64,000 bases of DNA from an uncultured Actinomycetes bacterium. Lineage in GTDB: Bacteria > Actinomycetota > Actinomycetes > Nanopelagicales > Nanopelagicaceae. The stretch is from NCBI GenBank assembly GCA_903825945.1, contig CAIKCJ010000018.1:737-64736 (forward strand), written 5' to 3'. Below are positions 49,944 through 61,134 of the stretch, piece after piece (the first letter of the stretch is position 1; each line of letters opens with the position of its first letter). Under the pieces are notes generated by a model. It searched no databases and was not told the origin of the DNA. It saw nothing but the letters and a program-made list of their open reading frames with translations. The translations under genes and the position numbers were made by a program.

Positions 49944-50746
49944 AAGAGTTAGCTCGGACCCTTGTTATGGGGATTCTCAACGTCACTCCTGATTCATTTG
50001 CTGATGGCGGTCTGCACTTTGATTTCAGCGCAGCTATTTTGCGTGCTCGAGAGATGATTGCCGAAGGCGTCGATATTATCGATGTTGGTGGCGAGTCGAC
50101 TCGGCCTGGCGCCGAGCGAGTGAGTCTTGAGGAAGAACGCGACCGAGTTATTCCAGTCATTACTGAACTCCAGCCCTTAGGAGTTTCTATCAGCATCGAT
50201 ACGACGAGAGCCGAAATTGCTCGCGCAGCTATCGCAGCTGGAGCGAGCATTGTTAACGATGTGAGTGGTGGACTCGCTGATCCAGAGATGTCCAAACTCA
50301 TTGCTAGCAACCCCGGTGTTCAATACATCGTGATGCATTGGCGGGGCCACTCACAGGAGATGGATAAGAACGCCGAATACGAGGATGTTGTTAAAGAAGT
50401 CAAAGACGAACTTGATGAGCGCGTGACGACCCTTATTACGGAAGGCGTAAATCCCGAACAAATCATCATCGATCCCGGAATTGGTTTTGCAAAAAACGCT
50501 GAACATAACTGGGAGTTACTGCGGAATCTAGATCGCTTAGCACTTCTTGGTTACCCAATTTTAATAGGCGCTTCGCGGAAGCGATTCTTGGGTGCACTTG
50601 TCTCTGGCAAATCACCAGATGATCGCGAGTCTGCAACTATTGCCATCACAACATTGGTCGCCTCGCAAGGAATGTGGGGAGTACGTACTCACAGCGTGAA
50701 ACCCCACGTTGATGCAATTAGAGTTGTCATGGAGTTAAAGCAATGA
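49940..50746 (+). CDS. folP: Dihydropteroate synthase
   Basis: [15 protein letters not shown] and [10 protein letters not shown]. Confidence 0.9.
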   Translation: MKELARTLVMGILNVTPDSFADGGLHFDFSAAILRAREMIAEGVDIIDVGGESTRPGAERVSLEEERDRVIPVITELQPLGVSISIDTTRAEIARAAIAAGASIVNDVSGGLADPEMSKLIASNPGVQYIVMHWRGHSQEMDKNAEYEDVVKEVKDELDERVTTLITEGVNPEQIIIDPGIGFAKNAEHNWELLRNLDRLALLGYPILIGASRKRFLGALVSGKSPDDRESATIAITTLVASQGMWGVRTHSVKPHVDAIRVVMELKQ

Positions 50747-51102
50747 GTGATCAGATAGAAATTCTTGGAATTGAAGGTTTTGGCTACCACGGTGTTTTCC
50801 CTCAAGAGCGCAGAGATGGCCAGAACTTTCTTGTCGATATTGTCCTCAAGCTAAAAAGTTCTAAAGCGCGTAAAAGTGATCAATTGTCAGATGCAATCGA
50901 TTATTCACGTGTAATTTCACTGGTTCACGAAACAATCGTTGGTGAGCCATTCAATTTGATTGAACGATTGGCAGAAGTAATTGCCGAAAAGATTCTTGCC
51001 ACATACGATGTGAAGTCGGTGGAAGTAGTTGTGCATAAGCCTGATGCACCAATCGGCCTCAAAGTCTCAGATATTGCGCTCAGGATTAAGCGCAAACCAT
51101 GA
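50743..51102 (+). CDS. folB: Dihydroneopterin aldolase
   Basis: GYHGVFPQER, DYSRV, 119 aa and synteny. Confidence 0.85.
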   Translation: MSDQIEILGIEGFGYHGVFPQERRDGQNFLVDIVLKLKSSKARKSDQLSDAIDYSRVISLVHETIVGEPFNLIERLAEVIAEKILATYDVKSVEVVVHKPDAPIGLKVSDIALRIKRKP

Positions 51103-51548
51103 AAGTAGTGATCGCCCTGGGTTCCAATCTTGGTGATTCGACTTCTATCCTCAATCAAGCAATTACAGCGCTTTCGGAATTTATTACCAACTCCCGAACT
51201 TCTTCGTTTCACACAACCGCACCCGTAGGTGGTCCAGAACAACCAGATTACTTGAATGCAATATTTATTGGTGAGACCGAGTTGCCTCCGTTGGAATTAC
51301 TCAAAAAACTTCAGAGCCTTGAAGCGGGTGCTGGTCGCGTCCGCGAAGTTCGTTGGGGTGCACGAACGCTGGACCTCGACCTCATCGCATATGGTGAACT
51401 GCAATTGGAGAGTGATGAACTCACGATCCCTCACCCACGAGCACATGAACGTGCATTTGTCTTGGCACCTTGGCATGAAATTGATCCCGAGGGCGAATTG
51501 GTTGGATATGGCCCAATCGAAGGTTTGCTCGCCAATTTAGAGGTGTAA
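51099..51548 (+). CDS. folK: 2-amino-4-hydroxy-6-hydroxymethyldihydropteridine diphosphokinase
   Basis: ALGSNLGD, RTLDLDLI and IPHPRAHERAFVLAPW. Confidence 0.85.
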   Translation: MKVVIALGSNLGDSTSILNQAITALSEFITNSRTSSFHTTAPVGGPEQPDYLNAIFIGETELPPLELLKKLQSLEAGAGRVREVRWGARTLDLDLIAYGELQLESDELTIPHPRAHERAFVLAPWHEIDPEGELVGYGPIEGLLANLEV

Positions 51549-51589
51549 ACTTTGGTCATTAGCCCGGTACCCGGAAAGGACTGGAGCAG

Positions 51590-52363
51590 GTGAACGAATC
51601 TATGAGTAACGCCAAAACAGATATCGCCTTTGTGCCAACAATGGGCGCTCTGCATGATGGTCATTTATCTCTCATCCGACAAGCAAGAGCTCTCACACCG
51701 AGTGTTGTTGTGAGTATCTTTGTTAACCCACTCCAATTTGATAACCCTGCTGATCTCGCGAAATATCCGCGTGACCTTGAGGGTGATATCGCAAAAGCGG
51801 AATCCGCTGGTGCTACCAGGATTTGGGCGCCTACTTATGACGAGGTCTACCCAGCTACCTTTGAAAAATTAAGTGCGGGGGAAGTCGGTAAAACTTTTGA
51901 AGGTGCTAGTCGTCCAGGTCATTTCGATGGGATGCTTACAGTTGTTAATCAACTCTTTACGGCCGTAAAGCCTAGGTACGCAATATTTGGCGAGAAAGAT
52001 TTCCAGCAGCTCTTCATTGTGCGTAATTGGGTTCGCGAGGCAGGGATCCCCATAGAAATTATTCCTGGTCCCATAGTACGAGAGAGCGATGGGCTTGCAA
52101 TGTCATCGCGCAATGTTCGCCTCAGCCCCAAGGATCGCCTTGCTGCACTCGTAATTTCTCGCGCGTTACGGTCGGCAACCAAGGAGCAAGCTCTAGAAAT
52201 TCTCCAATCCGAACCTGCATTTACGCTCGATTACGCGCAGATCGTGGATCCATCAACCTTCACAATCGCCAATGAACCAGTTGAAGGTTCGCGCATGATT
52301 GTTGCTGGGTGGATAAATGGAGTGCGATTGCTCGACAATATGTCGATGAGTGTGAGCGCATGA
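51590..52363 (+). CDS. panC: Pantoate--beta-alanine ligase
   Basis: VPTMGALHDGHLSL, FVNPLQF and MSSRN. GTG start; an alternative ATG is at 51602. Confidence 0.85.
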   Translation: MNESMSNAKTDIAFVPTMGALHDGHLSLIRQARALTPSVVVSIFVNPLQFDNPADLAKYPRDLEGDIAKAESAGATRIWAPTYDEVYPATFEKLSAGEVGKTFEGASRPGHFDGMLTVVNQLFTAVKPRYAIFGEKDFQQLFIVRNWVREAGIPIEIIPGPIVRESDGLAMSSRNVRLSPKDRLAALVISRALRSATKEQALEILQSEPAFTLDYAQIVDPSTFTIANEPVEGSRMIVAGWINGVRLLDNMSMSVSA

Positions 52364-53973
52364 AACTCTTTGCCGGAACGCCTGGTTGGACCACCAGTGC
52401 TGATGTCATCATTATTGGCTCGGGAGTAGCTGGCCTCACTACAGCTCTCAACGCCCGAGCAGCAAAACTTTCGGTTCTTCTTGTAACAAAAGCAACGATT
52501 GACGCTGGTTCTACCAAGTGGGCCCAAGGTGGCATCGCTGCAGCTCTCGGTCCCGGAGATACACCTGATCAACATAAGAGTGATACGTTGATTGCGGGTG
52601 CAGGTCTTTGTGATTTAGATGCAGTAAATGTTTTGGTCACTGAAGGACCAGAGGCTGTTCGCAAACTCATAGCCCATGGAGCTGTATTTGATAAAGCAGA
52701 GAGTGGAGAGATCGCACTCACTCGCGAAGGTGGACATCACCGAAATCGAATCTTGCACGCAGGTGGCGATGCAACTGGTGCAGAAGTTTCGCGTGCACTT
52801 CTTGCAGCTGTCCAAAACGATCCAGGAATCGAAGTAATCGAGCATGCACTTGTCATTGATGCACTCACGGCCGCAGACGGAAGTGTCTGTGGAGTGACTC
52901 TGCATGTTATTGGTGAAGGTTCGCGCGATGGAGTAGGTCGAGCACTGGCTCGAGCTGTCGTTATTGCTACCGGGGGATTAGGGCAGGTTTATTCTCAAAC
53001 AACAAATCCTCCTGTTTCGACAGGAGACGGTGTTGCACTCGCTCTACGCGCTGGAGCTGATGTAGCTGATGTCGAGTTCATTCAATTCCATCCCACCGTG
53101 CTTTGGAGTGACACAGCACGCGGGGGACAACAGCCACTCATCAGCGAGGCTGTTCGCGGTGAAGGCGCAATCTTGCTTAATCACAAGGGCGAGAAATTTA
53201 TGCAAGGTAAGCATCCTCAAGCTGACTTAGCGCCGCGCGATATCGTCGCGAAAGAGATTTTCACCCAAATGCGCGAATCGAATCTTGGTCACGTCTGGCT
53301 CGATGCAACCGCAATCGCAGACTTCCCAGAACGATTCCCGACAATTTACGCATCATGCCTTGCGCATGGAATTGATCCACAAAAGCAGTTAATTCCGGTC
53401 TCGCCAGCATCACATTACGCATCCGGCGGAGTCCTTGTAGATCTCAATGGCCAGAGCAGCGTTGCCGGCCTCTATGTTTGCGGCGAGAGCGCATGCACCG
53501 GTGCGCACGGCGCTAATCGATTGGCCTCTAACTCACTTCTTGAAGGTTTGGTATTTGGCGCCCGGATTGCAGAACACATTGTGACTCACCTCGCGTCTCA
53601 GAAAGAACCAGCAAGTGATACTTCAGAGCCAACTCTCTTGCTCGATCCAGCTATCCGGATCCCACTTCAATTGGCGATGAGTGAAGGTGCCGGCGTCATG
53701 CGCTCAGAGAAGAGTCTGCAGACAACCTTGCAAACACTTACCCAACTTGGAACTCACACGAGTAATACACCGGATGTTGCTGCGTGGGAAGCATCCAATC
53801 TCTTCTTTCTTGCCGAGACAATCGTTCAATCAGCCTTAGAGCGTAAAGAGACGCGTGGTTCGCATTGGCGAAGTGACTTCCCAGAACTCAGCAAAGATTG
53901 GCAGTTGCGAATAATTCAAAGGCTAAACCGTGATGGCAGTTGGAACACCCGGACGGAGGCGGTAGCACCATGA
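52360..53973 (+). CDS. nadB: L-aspartate oxidase
   Basis: The ATG at 52360 overlaps the panC TGA. FAD motifs VIIIGSGVAGL and WAQGGIAA, plus the RGSHWR region. Confidence 0.9.
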   Translation: MKLFAGTPGWTTSADVIIIGSGVAGLTTALNARAAKLSVLLVTKATIDAGSTKWAQGGIAAALGPGDTPDQHKSDTLIAGAGLCDLDAVNVLVTEGPEAVRKLIAHGAVFDKAESGEIALTREGGHHRNRILHAGGDATGAEVSRALLAAVQNDPGIEVIEHALVIDALTAADGSVCGVTLHVIGEGSRDGVGRALARAVVIATGGLGQVYSQTTNPPVSTGDGVALALRAGADVADVEFIQFHPTVLWSDTARGGQQPLISEAVRGEGAILLNHKGEKFMQGKHPQADLAPRDIVAKEIFTQMRESNLGHVWLDATAIADFPERFPTIYASCLAHGIDPQKQLIPVSPASHYASGGVLVDLNGQSSVAGLYVCGESACTGAHGANRLASNSLLEGLVFGARIAEHIVTHLASQKEPASDTSEPTLLLDPAIRIPLQLAMSEGAGVMRSEKSLQTTLQTLTQLGTHTSNTPDVAAWEASNLFFLAETIVQSALERKETRGSHWRSDFPELSKDWQLRIIQRLNRDGSWNTRTEAVAP

Positions 53974-54809
53974 TCATTGACGAGCATGTAGATGCACTGA
54001 TCGAGATGGCACTAGCTGAAGATTTACAAGGTGGTGTGGACATAACGTCCCACGCAACAATTTCAGAAGACCAGGTTGGGGTCGCTCAATATCATCTGCG
54101 CCAACGCGGCGTTATTGCAGGAATTCCAGTTGCTGTAGCGGTCCTTAATAAACTGGGCGTTACTGATATTCAAATCCCTGTAACGTGTGCTCACGAAAAT
54201 CCGGCCGGGACACTCATACTTGAGGCGCGTGGAAGCGTTCGGGCTTTGATGCTTGCGGAGCGCACGACGCTTAATTTTCTTACACATCTCAGTGGCATTG
54301 CCACGCTGACCCGCGCCTGGGTTGATGAGGTTGCTGCGACTTCGTGCCAGATCCGAGATACCCGCAAAACCACCCCGGGGTGGAGAACGTTAGAGAAATA
54401 TGCCGTTCGTATGGGCGGTGGAACTAATCATCGAATGTCGCTCTCGGATGCAGCACTGATTAAAGATAATCACATTGTGGCTGCCGGTGGAGTGCTCAAG
54501 GCGTTTTCACTTGTACGCGCGCAATATCCTGATGCCGAGATTGAAATCGAAGTAGATACCATCGCACAATTGCGAGAAGTGCTAGCCGGCGATCCCGATC
54601 TTATTCTCCTCGACAACATGAGTATCGATGAGTGCAAAGAAGCTGTGGCGTTAGTTAACGGCCAAACACGGCTAGAAGCTTCGGGTGGGCTTACTCTCGA
54701 AAGCGCTGCGGCTTATGCAGCAACAGGTGTCGATTATTTGGCAGTAGGCGCACTTACTCACTCCGCCAAAGCGTTAGATATTGGTCTCGATTTAAGGATG
54801 GAACTCTGA
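53970..54809 (+). CDS. nadC: Nicotinate-nucleotide (quinolinate) pyrophosphorylase
   Basis: The ATG at 53970 overlaps the nadB TGA, with GGAGG upstream. DTRKTTPG, HRMSLSDAALIKDNH and LDNM motifs. Confidence 0.9.
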   Translation: MIIDEHVDALIEMALAEDLQGGVDITSHATISEDQVGVAQYHLRQRGVIAGIPVAVAVLNKLGVTDIQIPVTCAHENPAGTLILEARGSVRALMLAERTTLNFLTHLSGIATLTRAWVDEVAATSCQIRDTRKTTPGWRTLEKYAVRMGGGTNHRMSLSDAALIKDNHIVAAGGVLKAFSLVRAQYPDAEIEIEVDTIAQLREVLAGDPDLILLDNMSIDECKEAVALVNGQTRLEASGGLTLESAAAYAATGVDYLAVGALTHSAKALDIGLDLRMEL

Positions 54810-55616
54810 GTGTTACTTACTATCGATATCGGAAACACTAATACAGTTCTTGGAGTGTTTGAAGGAAGCACCATTGTTCAGACCTGGCGCGTAAAGACCG
54901 ATCCACGCGACACGGCCGATGAGTTGTGGCTACGATTTCACTCACTCCTTGATGGAATAGCAATTGATGGCCTCTCCATCTGTTCGACAGTTCCAGCATC
55001 GTTGCGAGAAATCCGTCACATGATCGGGCGTTATTACTCAGATCTACCAACAACAATTGTGGAGCCGGGAATCAAAACCGGTGTCCCACTTCTTGTGGAC
55101 AATCCCAAAGAAATTGGCGCTGATCGAATCGTCAATACACTCGCGGCCCACACGCTCTATGGCGCAGATGGTCCATGCATCGTGGTTGATTTTGGAACGT
55201 CTACCAATCTTGATGTCGTATCGCCAAAGGGCGAGTTCCTGGGTGGAGCCCTTGCACCAGGAATTGAAATCTCAGTCGAGGCGCTTGCTGCCCGCGCTGC
55301 TCAACTGCGCAAAGTTGAACTCGTTAGGCCGCGCTCGGTCATCGGCAAAAACACGGTCGAAGCTCTCCAATCCGGCACCATTTATGGCTTTGCCGGCCAG
55401 GTCGATGGGCTGGTCAATCGCATCATCGATGAACTTGAGCTGCTCTACCCGGGCACTGGCCGAGCGACGGTCATTGCTACTGGTGGACTAGCCCCACTGG
55501 TCTTTGGAATTAGTACCACCTTGGATGAGCACGAGCCCAACCTCACCCTCCTTGGATTGGCGCTGATCTTCGATCGAAATTCAGGGTCACAATCGTTCCA
55601 AGATAAGGTTCTCTGA
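54810..55616 (+). CDS. coaX: Type III pantothenate kinase
   Basis: LLTIDIGNTN, GADR and VVDFGT. GTG start immediately after the nadC stop. Confidence 0.85.
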   Translation: MLLTIDIGNTNTVLGVFEGSTIVQTWRVKTDPRDTADELWLRFHSLLDGIAIDGLSICSTVPASLREIRHMIGRYYSDLPTTIVEPGIKTGVPLLVDNPKEIGADRIVNTLAAHTLYGADGPCIVVDFGTSTNLDVVSPKGEFLGGALAPGIEISVEALAARAAQLRKVELVRPRSVIGKNTVEALQSGTIYGFAGQVDGLVNRIIDELELLYPGTGRATVIATGGLAPLVFGISTTLDEHEPNLTLLGLALIFDRNSGSQSFQDKVL

Positions 55617-55618
55617 TT

Positions 55619-57130
55619 ATGAGCGAACAGATAAATCCAGCCGTTGAGACAGATGATCTTCCCGAGCAATTGCGCATTCGTCGCGAAAAGCGCAGCGCTA
55701 TTTTGGCTCGCGGAGCCCAGGCCTACGCTGTAGCGGTTGCTCGCACTGCCTCACTTAAAGAAATTCGTGAGCGTCATCAAGGGTTAGAGATTGATACCAC
55801 CACTGGAGTTATTGAGTCGCTTTCAGGTCGCGTAATTTTCAAACGTGACACCGGCAAGCTCTGCTTTGCGACTTTGCGTGAAGGCGATGGCACTGAACTA
55901 CAGGCCATGTTCTCGCTAGACAAAGTCGGTCAAGAGGTTCTTGATCAATGGAAGAGTGAAATCGATCTTGGCGATTTGGTCAGCGTGACCGGAGAAATTA
56001 TTACAAGCAAGCGCGGTGAACTTTCGATCCTCGCATCTAGTTATGAACTTGCTGCTAAATCGCTGCGTCCACTTCCTGTCGAGCATAAGCCACTCTCGGA
56101 AGAGACTCGAGTGCGCATGCGTTATGTCGATCTTATTGTTCGCCCAGAAGCTCGGCACAATGCGCGTTTGCGCCCGCAAGTGATGAAAGCTCTTCGTGAC
56201 TCTTTTGCTGCTCGCAATTTCATTGAAGTTGAAACCCCGATGCTTCAAGTGATGCAAGGTGGAGCAGCTGCTCGTCCATTTAAAACTCATAGCAATGCAT
56301 ACGACATGGATCTCTTTTTGCGTATCGCACCAGAGCTCTTCCTTAAGCGCTGCGTTGTTGGTGGGCTCGAGCGCGTCTTTGAAATTAACCGAAACTTCCG
56401 TAACGAAGGTGCTGACTCAAGTCACTCACCAGAGTTCGCAATGCTTGAGAGTTATCATGCATATGGCGATTGGGACACCGTTGCCACACTCACGCGCGAG
56501 CTTGTACAAGAGGCGGCAATGGCTGCTTTCGGCTCACACGTTGTTACGCATCATGATGGCCGCCAGGTAGATCTAGGTGGAACATGGCGCGAGGCTAATC
56601 TCTTCGACCTTATCTCTGAGGGTGTCGGCGAGACTGTTACCCCCCAGACTCCAATCGAGGATCTCACATCAATTGCTGCAAAACTTGGCATGAAGGTCGA
56701 TCCTAAGTGGATTGCTGGAAAGTTAGCCGAAGAAATATTTGAGCATGTCACAGAAGGTCAGCTCAATGAGCCAATCTTTGTTAAGGGATATCCAGTCGAT
56801 ACTTCACCGCTGGTTCGCGCGCACCGTGAGACACCAGGGCTGGTTGAGAAGTGGGATCTCTACGTAGAAGGATTCGAACTCGCAACTGGCTACTCAGAAT
56901 TAATTGACCCAGTAATCCAACGCGAACGTCTCGTAGAGCAAGCAGCACTTGGTGCCAAAGGCGATGTTGAAGCGATGCCACTGGATGAAGATTTCTTGCG
57001 AGCCATGGAGTACGGAACTCCACCAATGGGTGGAATGGGAATGGGAGTCGATCGACTTCTTATGGCTCTCACCGGACTTGGTATTCGCGAAACAATTTTG
57101 TTCCCACTTGTGAAACCAGAAGAGAGCTAG
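55619..57130 (+). CDS. lysS: Lysine--tRNA ligase (class II)
   Basis: OB-fold N-domain and class II motifs (FRNEG, GGMGMGVDRL). 503 aa. Confidence 0.95.
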   Translation: MSEQINPAVETDDLPEQLRIRREKRSAILARGAQAYAVAVARTASLKEIRERHQGLEIDTTTGVIESLSGRVIFKRDTGKLCFATLREGDGTELQAMFSLDKVGQEVLDQWKSEIDLGDLVSVTGEIITSKRGELSILASSYELAAKSLRPLPVEHKPLSEETRVRMRYVDLIVRPEARHNARLRPQVMKALRDSFAARNFIEVETPMLQVMQGGAAARPFKTHSNAYDMDLFLRIAPELFLKRCVVGGLERVFEINRNFRNEGADSSHSPEFAMLESYHAYGDWDTVATLTRELVQEAAMAAFGSHVVTHHDGRQVDLGGTWREANLFDLISEGVGETVTPQTPIEDLTSIAAKLGMKVDPKWIAGKLAEEIFEHVTEGQLNEPIFVKGYPVDTSPLVRAHRETPGLVEKWDLYVEGFELATGYSELIDPVIQRERLVEQAALGAKGDVEAMPLDEDFLRAMEYGTPPMGGMGMGVDRLLMALTGLGIRETILFPLVKPEES

Positions 57131-57139
57131 AGCCTCACT

Positions 57140-57640
57140 ATGAGTGAAGTAATAATTCGCCCCGCCACAACATCTGATATCAAAGCAATTCGTCAGATTA
57201 TAGATACGTATGTCTTAGCTCGCAGACTCTTGGCGAAGGAAACAGTTACGCTTTATGAAACTGTCCAGGAATTTACTGTGGCTGAGTACGAGGGTGAGGT
57301 AGTTGGTTGTGGAGCGCTACACGTGCTCTGGGAAGACCTTGCAGAAATTCGAACCGTTGCTGTGTTAGAAAAAATGCGCGGTATGGGCGTCGGCAACAAA
57401 ATCATTAACGCCGTCGTCGAGCGAGCCAAGGCTCTAGGGGTCGAACGGATCTTCTGTCTAACATTTGAGACGGATTTCTTTGCCCGCAATGGCTTTGAGA
57501 TTATCGAAGGCACACCGATCACCCACGATGTTTACGAGCAGCTCCTTCGCTCCTATGACGAAGGCGTGGCAGAATTCTTGGATCTTGAGCGGGTGAAGCC
57601 AAATACTCTGGGCAATACCCGGATGTTGCGGATTCTGTAA
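57140..57640 (+). CDS. argA: Short GNAT amino-acid N-acetyltransferase (mycobacterial ArgA/Rv2747-like)
   Basis: LVTLYETVQEFTVAE, VVGCGALHVLWEDLAEIRTVAV and VAEFLDLERVKPNTLGNTRML closely resemble the short N-acetylglutamate synthase of M. tuberculosis as I recall it. Confidence 0.65.
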   Translation: MSEVIIRPATTSDIKAIRQIIDTYVLARRLLAKETVTLYETVQEFTVAEYEGEVVGCGALHVLWEDLAEIRTVAVLEKMRGMGVGNKIINAVVERAKALGVERIFCLTFETDFFARNGFEIIEGTPITHDVYEQLLRSYDEGVAEFLDLERVKPNTLGNTRMLRIL

Positions 57641-57788
57641 CCCAAATCCACCCCAAGTTCTGGGCTTTCGGGCATAAATCGAGCTCTCTGCGCGTTACAG
57701 GTAGGCTAGAGCCGTACCAAAGAGTGCCTAGCTGAGCTCAATCTCAGCTGCCGGTACCGGCGGTTTTAGAAGAAAATGAGGTGGCCTA

Positions 57789-60296
57789 ATGTTCGAGCGC
57801 TTTACCGATCGAGCTCGTCGAGTCGTTGTTTTGGCTCAAGAAGAAGCTCGCATGCTCAATCACAATTACATCGGAACTGAGCACATCCTTTTGGGACTTA
57901 TCCACGAAGGAGAAGGTGTTGCCGCTAAGGCACTTGAGGCTCTCAATATTTCACTTGAGGCTGTTCGTGCGCAGGTCGAAGAGATCATTGGGCAGGGCCA
58001 GCAAGCGCCATCAGGCCATATTCCGTTTACACCACGCGCTAAAAAAGTTTTGGAGCTCTCGCTCCGTGAAGCGCTACAGCTTGGCCATAACTACATCGGC
58101 ACCGAACACATTCTTCTTGGCCTTATTCGTGAAGGTGAAGGCGTTGCCGCCCAAGTGCTCGTAAAACTTGGAGCAGACCTCAATCGAGTTCGCCAGCAAG
58201 TTATTCAATTGCTCTCGGGTTACCAAGGTAAGGAAGCTGTTACCTCCGGAAGCGGACCTGCTGAAGGAACCCCAACAACATCATTAGTTCTCGATCAATT
58301 TGGCCGCAACCTCACTCAAGCTGCGCGTGAAGGCAAGCTCGACCCTGTTATCGGTCGTGAAAAAGAGATCGAACGTGTCATGCAGGTTCTCTCACGTCGC
58401 ACCAAGAACAATCCAGTACTGATTGGTGAGCCAGGCGTCGGCAAGACTGCAATTGTTGAAGGTCTCGCCCAAGCGATTGTGCGTGGCGATATTCCAGAGA
58501 CTCTGCGCGATAAGCAGCTCTACTCACTAGACCTTGGAGCACTTGTTGCCGGATCACGTTATCGTGGAGATTTCGAAGAACGCCTCAAGAAAGTTCTCAA
58601 AGAGATTCGCACTCGCGGAGATATCGTTCTCTTCATTGATGAGATCCACACCTTGGTTGGTGCAGGAGCTGCAGAAGGTGCAATCGACGCTGCAAATATT
58701 CTCAAGCCAATGCTTGCGCGTGGCGAGCTTCAGACAATCGGTGCTACAACTCTTGACGAGTATCGCAAGTACCTAGAGAAGGATGCAGCGCTCGAGCGTC
58801 GCTTCCAACCAATTCAGGTCGCTGAACCAACGCTTCCGCAGACAATTGAAATCCTCAAAGGACTTCGTGATCGCTATGAGACTCACCACAAGGTATCGAT
58901 CTCAGATTCTGCGCTTGTCTCAGCTGCAACTCTCGCCGACCGTTACATTTCAGATCGTTTCTTGCCCGATAAGGCAATTGACCTGATCGATGAAGCTGGC
59001 TCACGCTTGCGTATTCGTCGCATGACCGCGCCACCAGAGTTGCGTGAATTCGATGACAAGATTGCCAGCGCCCGTAAGGAAAAGGAGTCAGCAATTGACT
59101 CTCAAGATTTCGAGCGTGCAGCTTCACTTCGCGATAAGGAGAAAGCGCTTATCGCCGAGAAGAACGAACGTGAGAAGACCTGGAAGGCTGGCGATCTTGA
59201 CGTCGTAGCCGAAGTTGATGAAGAGCTGATCGCAGAGATTCTCTCGCACTCAACTGGAATTCCAGTCTTTAAGTTGACCGAAGAAGAGACAGCGCGCTTG
59301 CTTCGTATGGAAGATGAGCTGCACCGTCGTGTGATCGGACAAGACCAAGCGATTAAGGCTCTTTCTCAAGCGATTCGTCGTACCCGTGCTGGACTTAAAG
59401 ATCCTAAGCGTCCGGGTGGTTCATTTATCTTTGCCGGACCTTCAGGTGTCGGTAAGACAGAGCTTTCACGCACACTCGCACAGTTCCTGTTCGGAGATTC
59501 TGATTCACTGATTCAACTTGATATGTCTGAGTACTCAGAGAAGCACACTGCTTCACGCCTCTTTGGTGCTCCTCCTGGATTTGTTGGATATGACGAGGGC
59601 GGACAGCTCACAGAGAAAGTTCGTCGCAAGCCATTCTCTGTCGTCTTGTTCGACGAGGTTGAAAAAGCTCACCCTGATATCTTCAACTCACTTCTTCAGG
59701 TACTCGAAGATGGCCGCCTGACGGATTCTCAAGGTCGCGTTGTAGATTTCAAGAACACGGTGATCATCATGACGACCAACCTCGGTACTCGTGACATCTC
59801 AAAGTCATTGGGACTCGGTTTCCATAACTCGGATGATGCGCTTGGTAACTATGAGCGCATGAAGGCAAAGGTGGGAGATGAGCTCAAGACTCACTTCCGT
59901 CCAGAGTTCCTCAACCGTATCGATGACATCATCGTCTTCCACCAACTCTCAGAAGTCGAGATTATTCAGATCGTTGATTTGATGATCGCTAACTTGGATG
60001 AGCGTCTACGTGCGAAGGACATGGGCATTGAGCTCACATCCGCCGCTAAGAGCCTGCTCGCTAAGAAGGGCTATGACCCACTTCTAGGAGCGCGCCCATT
60101 ACGTCGTTGCATCCAGCGTGAGATCGAAGATATTCTCTCTGAGAAGATCTTGTTTGGCGATGTAAAGCCAGGGGAGATCACATTGGTAGATACAGAAGTG
60201 CAGGGCGATAAAGAGATCTTTACTTTTAAAGGTGTCTTGAAGTCGACGATGCCAGATACACCTGGTGATCTACAAGAGGCCCCAACCTCTAATTAA
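57789..60296 (+). CDS. clpC: ATP-dependent Clp protease ATP-binding subunit ClpC
   Basis: Two Clp_N repeats ([14 protein letters not shown] twice), Walker A motifs GEPGVGKTA and GPSGVGKTE, and a UVR-like middle region. Confidence 0.95.
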   Translation: MFERFTDRARRVVVLAQEEARMLNHNYIGTEHILLGLIHEGEGVAAKALEALNISLEAVRAQVEEIIGQGQQAPSGHIPFTPRAKKVLELSLREALQLGHNYIGTEHILLGLIREGEGVAAQVLVKLGADLNRVRQQVIQLLSGYQGKEAVTSGSGPAEGTPTTSLVLDQFGRNLTQAAREGKLDPVIGREKEIERVMQVLSRRTKNNPVLIGEPGVGKTAIVEGLAQAIVRGDIPETLRDKQLYSLDLGALVAGSRYRGDFEERLKKVLKEIRTRGDIVLFIDEIHTLVGAGAAEGAIDAANILKPMLARGELQTIGATTLDEYRKYLEKDAALERRFQPIQVAEPTLPQTIEILKGLRDRYETHHKVSISDSALVSAATLADRYISDRFLPDKAIDLIDEAGSRLRIRRMTAPPELREFDDKIASARKEKESAIDSQDFERAASLRDKEKALIAEKNEREKTWKAGDLDVVAEVDEELIAEILSHSTGIPVFKLTEEETARLLRMEDELHRRVIGQDQAIKALSQAIRRTRAGLKDPKRPGGSFIFAGPSGVGKTELSRTLAQFLFGDSDSLIQLDMSEYSEKHTASRLFGAPPGFVGYDEGGQLTEKVRRKPFSVVLFDEVEKAHPDIFNSLLQVLEDGRLTDSQGRVVDFKNTVIIMTTNLGTRDISKSLGLGFHNSDDALGNYERMKAKVGDELKTHFRPEFLNRIDDIIVFHQLSEVEIIQIVDLMIANLDERLRAKDMGIELTSAAKSLLAKKGYDPLLGARPLRRCIQREIEDILSEKILFGDVKPGEITLVDTEVQGDKEIFTFKGVLKSTMPDTPGDLQEAPTSN

Positions 60297-61133
60297 TTAA
60301 TCAGCAAGCTTGAAGCTCTTGCCGGTGGTCTCAATGAGGCCATCGGCAAGTAGTGTTTTTAGAGCCAATTCGAGCTGAGATTGATCGCCCCAGAGCGCAC
60401 TTAACGTGGTCCTACCCAACTTCTTATTTTCGCGAAGTGCTTGAACGATTGTTCCGCGGCATTGTCGATCAGTACCGTTCCAAGCCTGACTCTTCTTTAT
60501 GATCTCTGATTGCGGGTAACCAGCGGCCCGCCAAGCGCATTGCTCTTTCAGAGGACAGAGATCACACTGTGGATTGCGCGCTTTACAGATCAGCGCACCA
60601 AATTCCATAGTCGCTGCCGCCCAGATAGCTCCCTCTGACGGAATAAGTTCATAACGCAATTTTCTTTCGATCTGGCTTGGTGCTGAAGTTGGATTTTGCA
60701 CGCCATCGATTACTCGTGCAAAAAACCTTCTGATATTGATTTCAAGGACTAACGTTGGTTGGCCAAATGCAAATGCACAAATTGCTGCTGCTGTGTATTC
60801 GCCGACTCCAGGTAGCGTTCTTAGTTGTTCAATCGAACGCGGAACAGAATTGTCATACTCTCGAGCGATTATTCTGGCTGACTCGTATAAGCGAAGCGCT
60901 CGACGTGGATAACCAAGTCTACCCCAGGCCGTAATCACATCCGACTTTTTGGCTTGTGCTACGTCTTGAGGTGAAGGCCAACGTTCCATCCACTGTGTCC
61001 ATACTGGAAGCACACGGTTGACGGGTGTTTGCTGCAACATAAATTCACTCACCATGACTCCCCATGGGGTGCTCTCTCGCCATGGAAGGTCTCGCTTATG
61101 TGAAGCGAACCAATCCAGAACTATCTGCTGCAC
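60297..61133 (-). CDS. mutY: A/G-specific adenine glycosylase (MutY-like, short form without an evident NUDIX domain)
   Basis: HhH LPGVGEYTAAAI and Fe-S loop CKARNPQCDLCPLKEQC. 278 aa. Confidence 0.8.
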   Translation of the reverse strand: MQQIVLDWFASHKRDLPWRESTPWGVMVSEFMLQQTPVNRVLPVWTQWMERWPSPQDVAQAKKSDVITAWGRLGYPRRALRLYESARIIAREYDNSVPRSIEQLRTLPGVGEYTAAAICAFAFGQPTLVLEINIRRFFARVIDGVQNPTSAPSQIERKLRYELIPSEGAIWAAATMEFGALICKARNPQCDLCPLKEQCAWRAAGYPQSEIIKKSQAWNGTDRQCRGTIVQALRENKKLGRTTLSALWGDQSQLELALKTLLADGLIETTGKSFKLAD

Positions 61134-61134
61134 G

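Noticed and set aside
57641-57729. ClgR-type operator upstream of clpC
   Set aside because: I could not find a convincing match to the ClgR palindrome as I remember it. Only a TGCGCG fragment is present.
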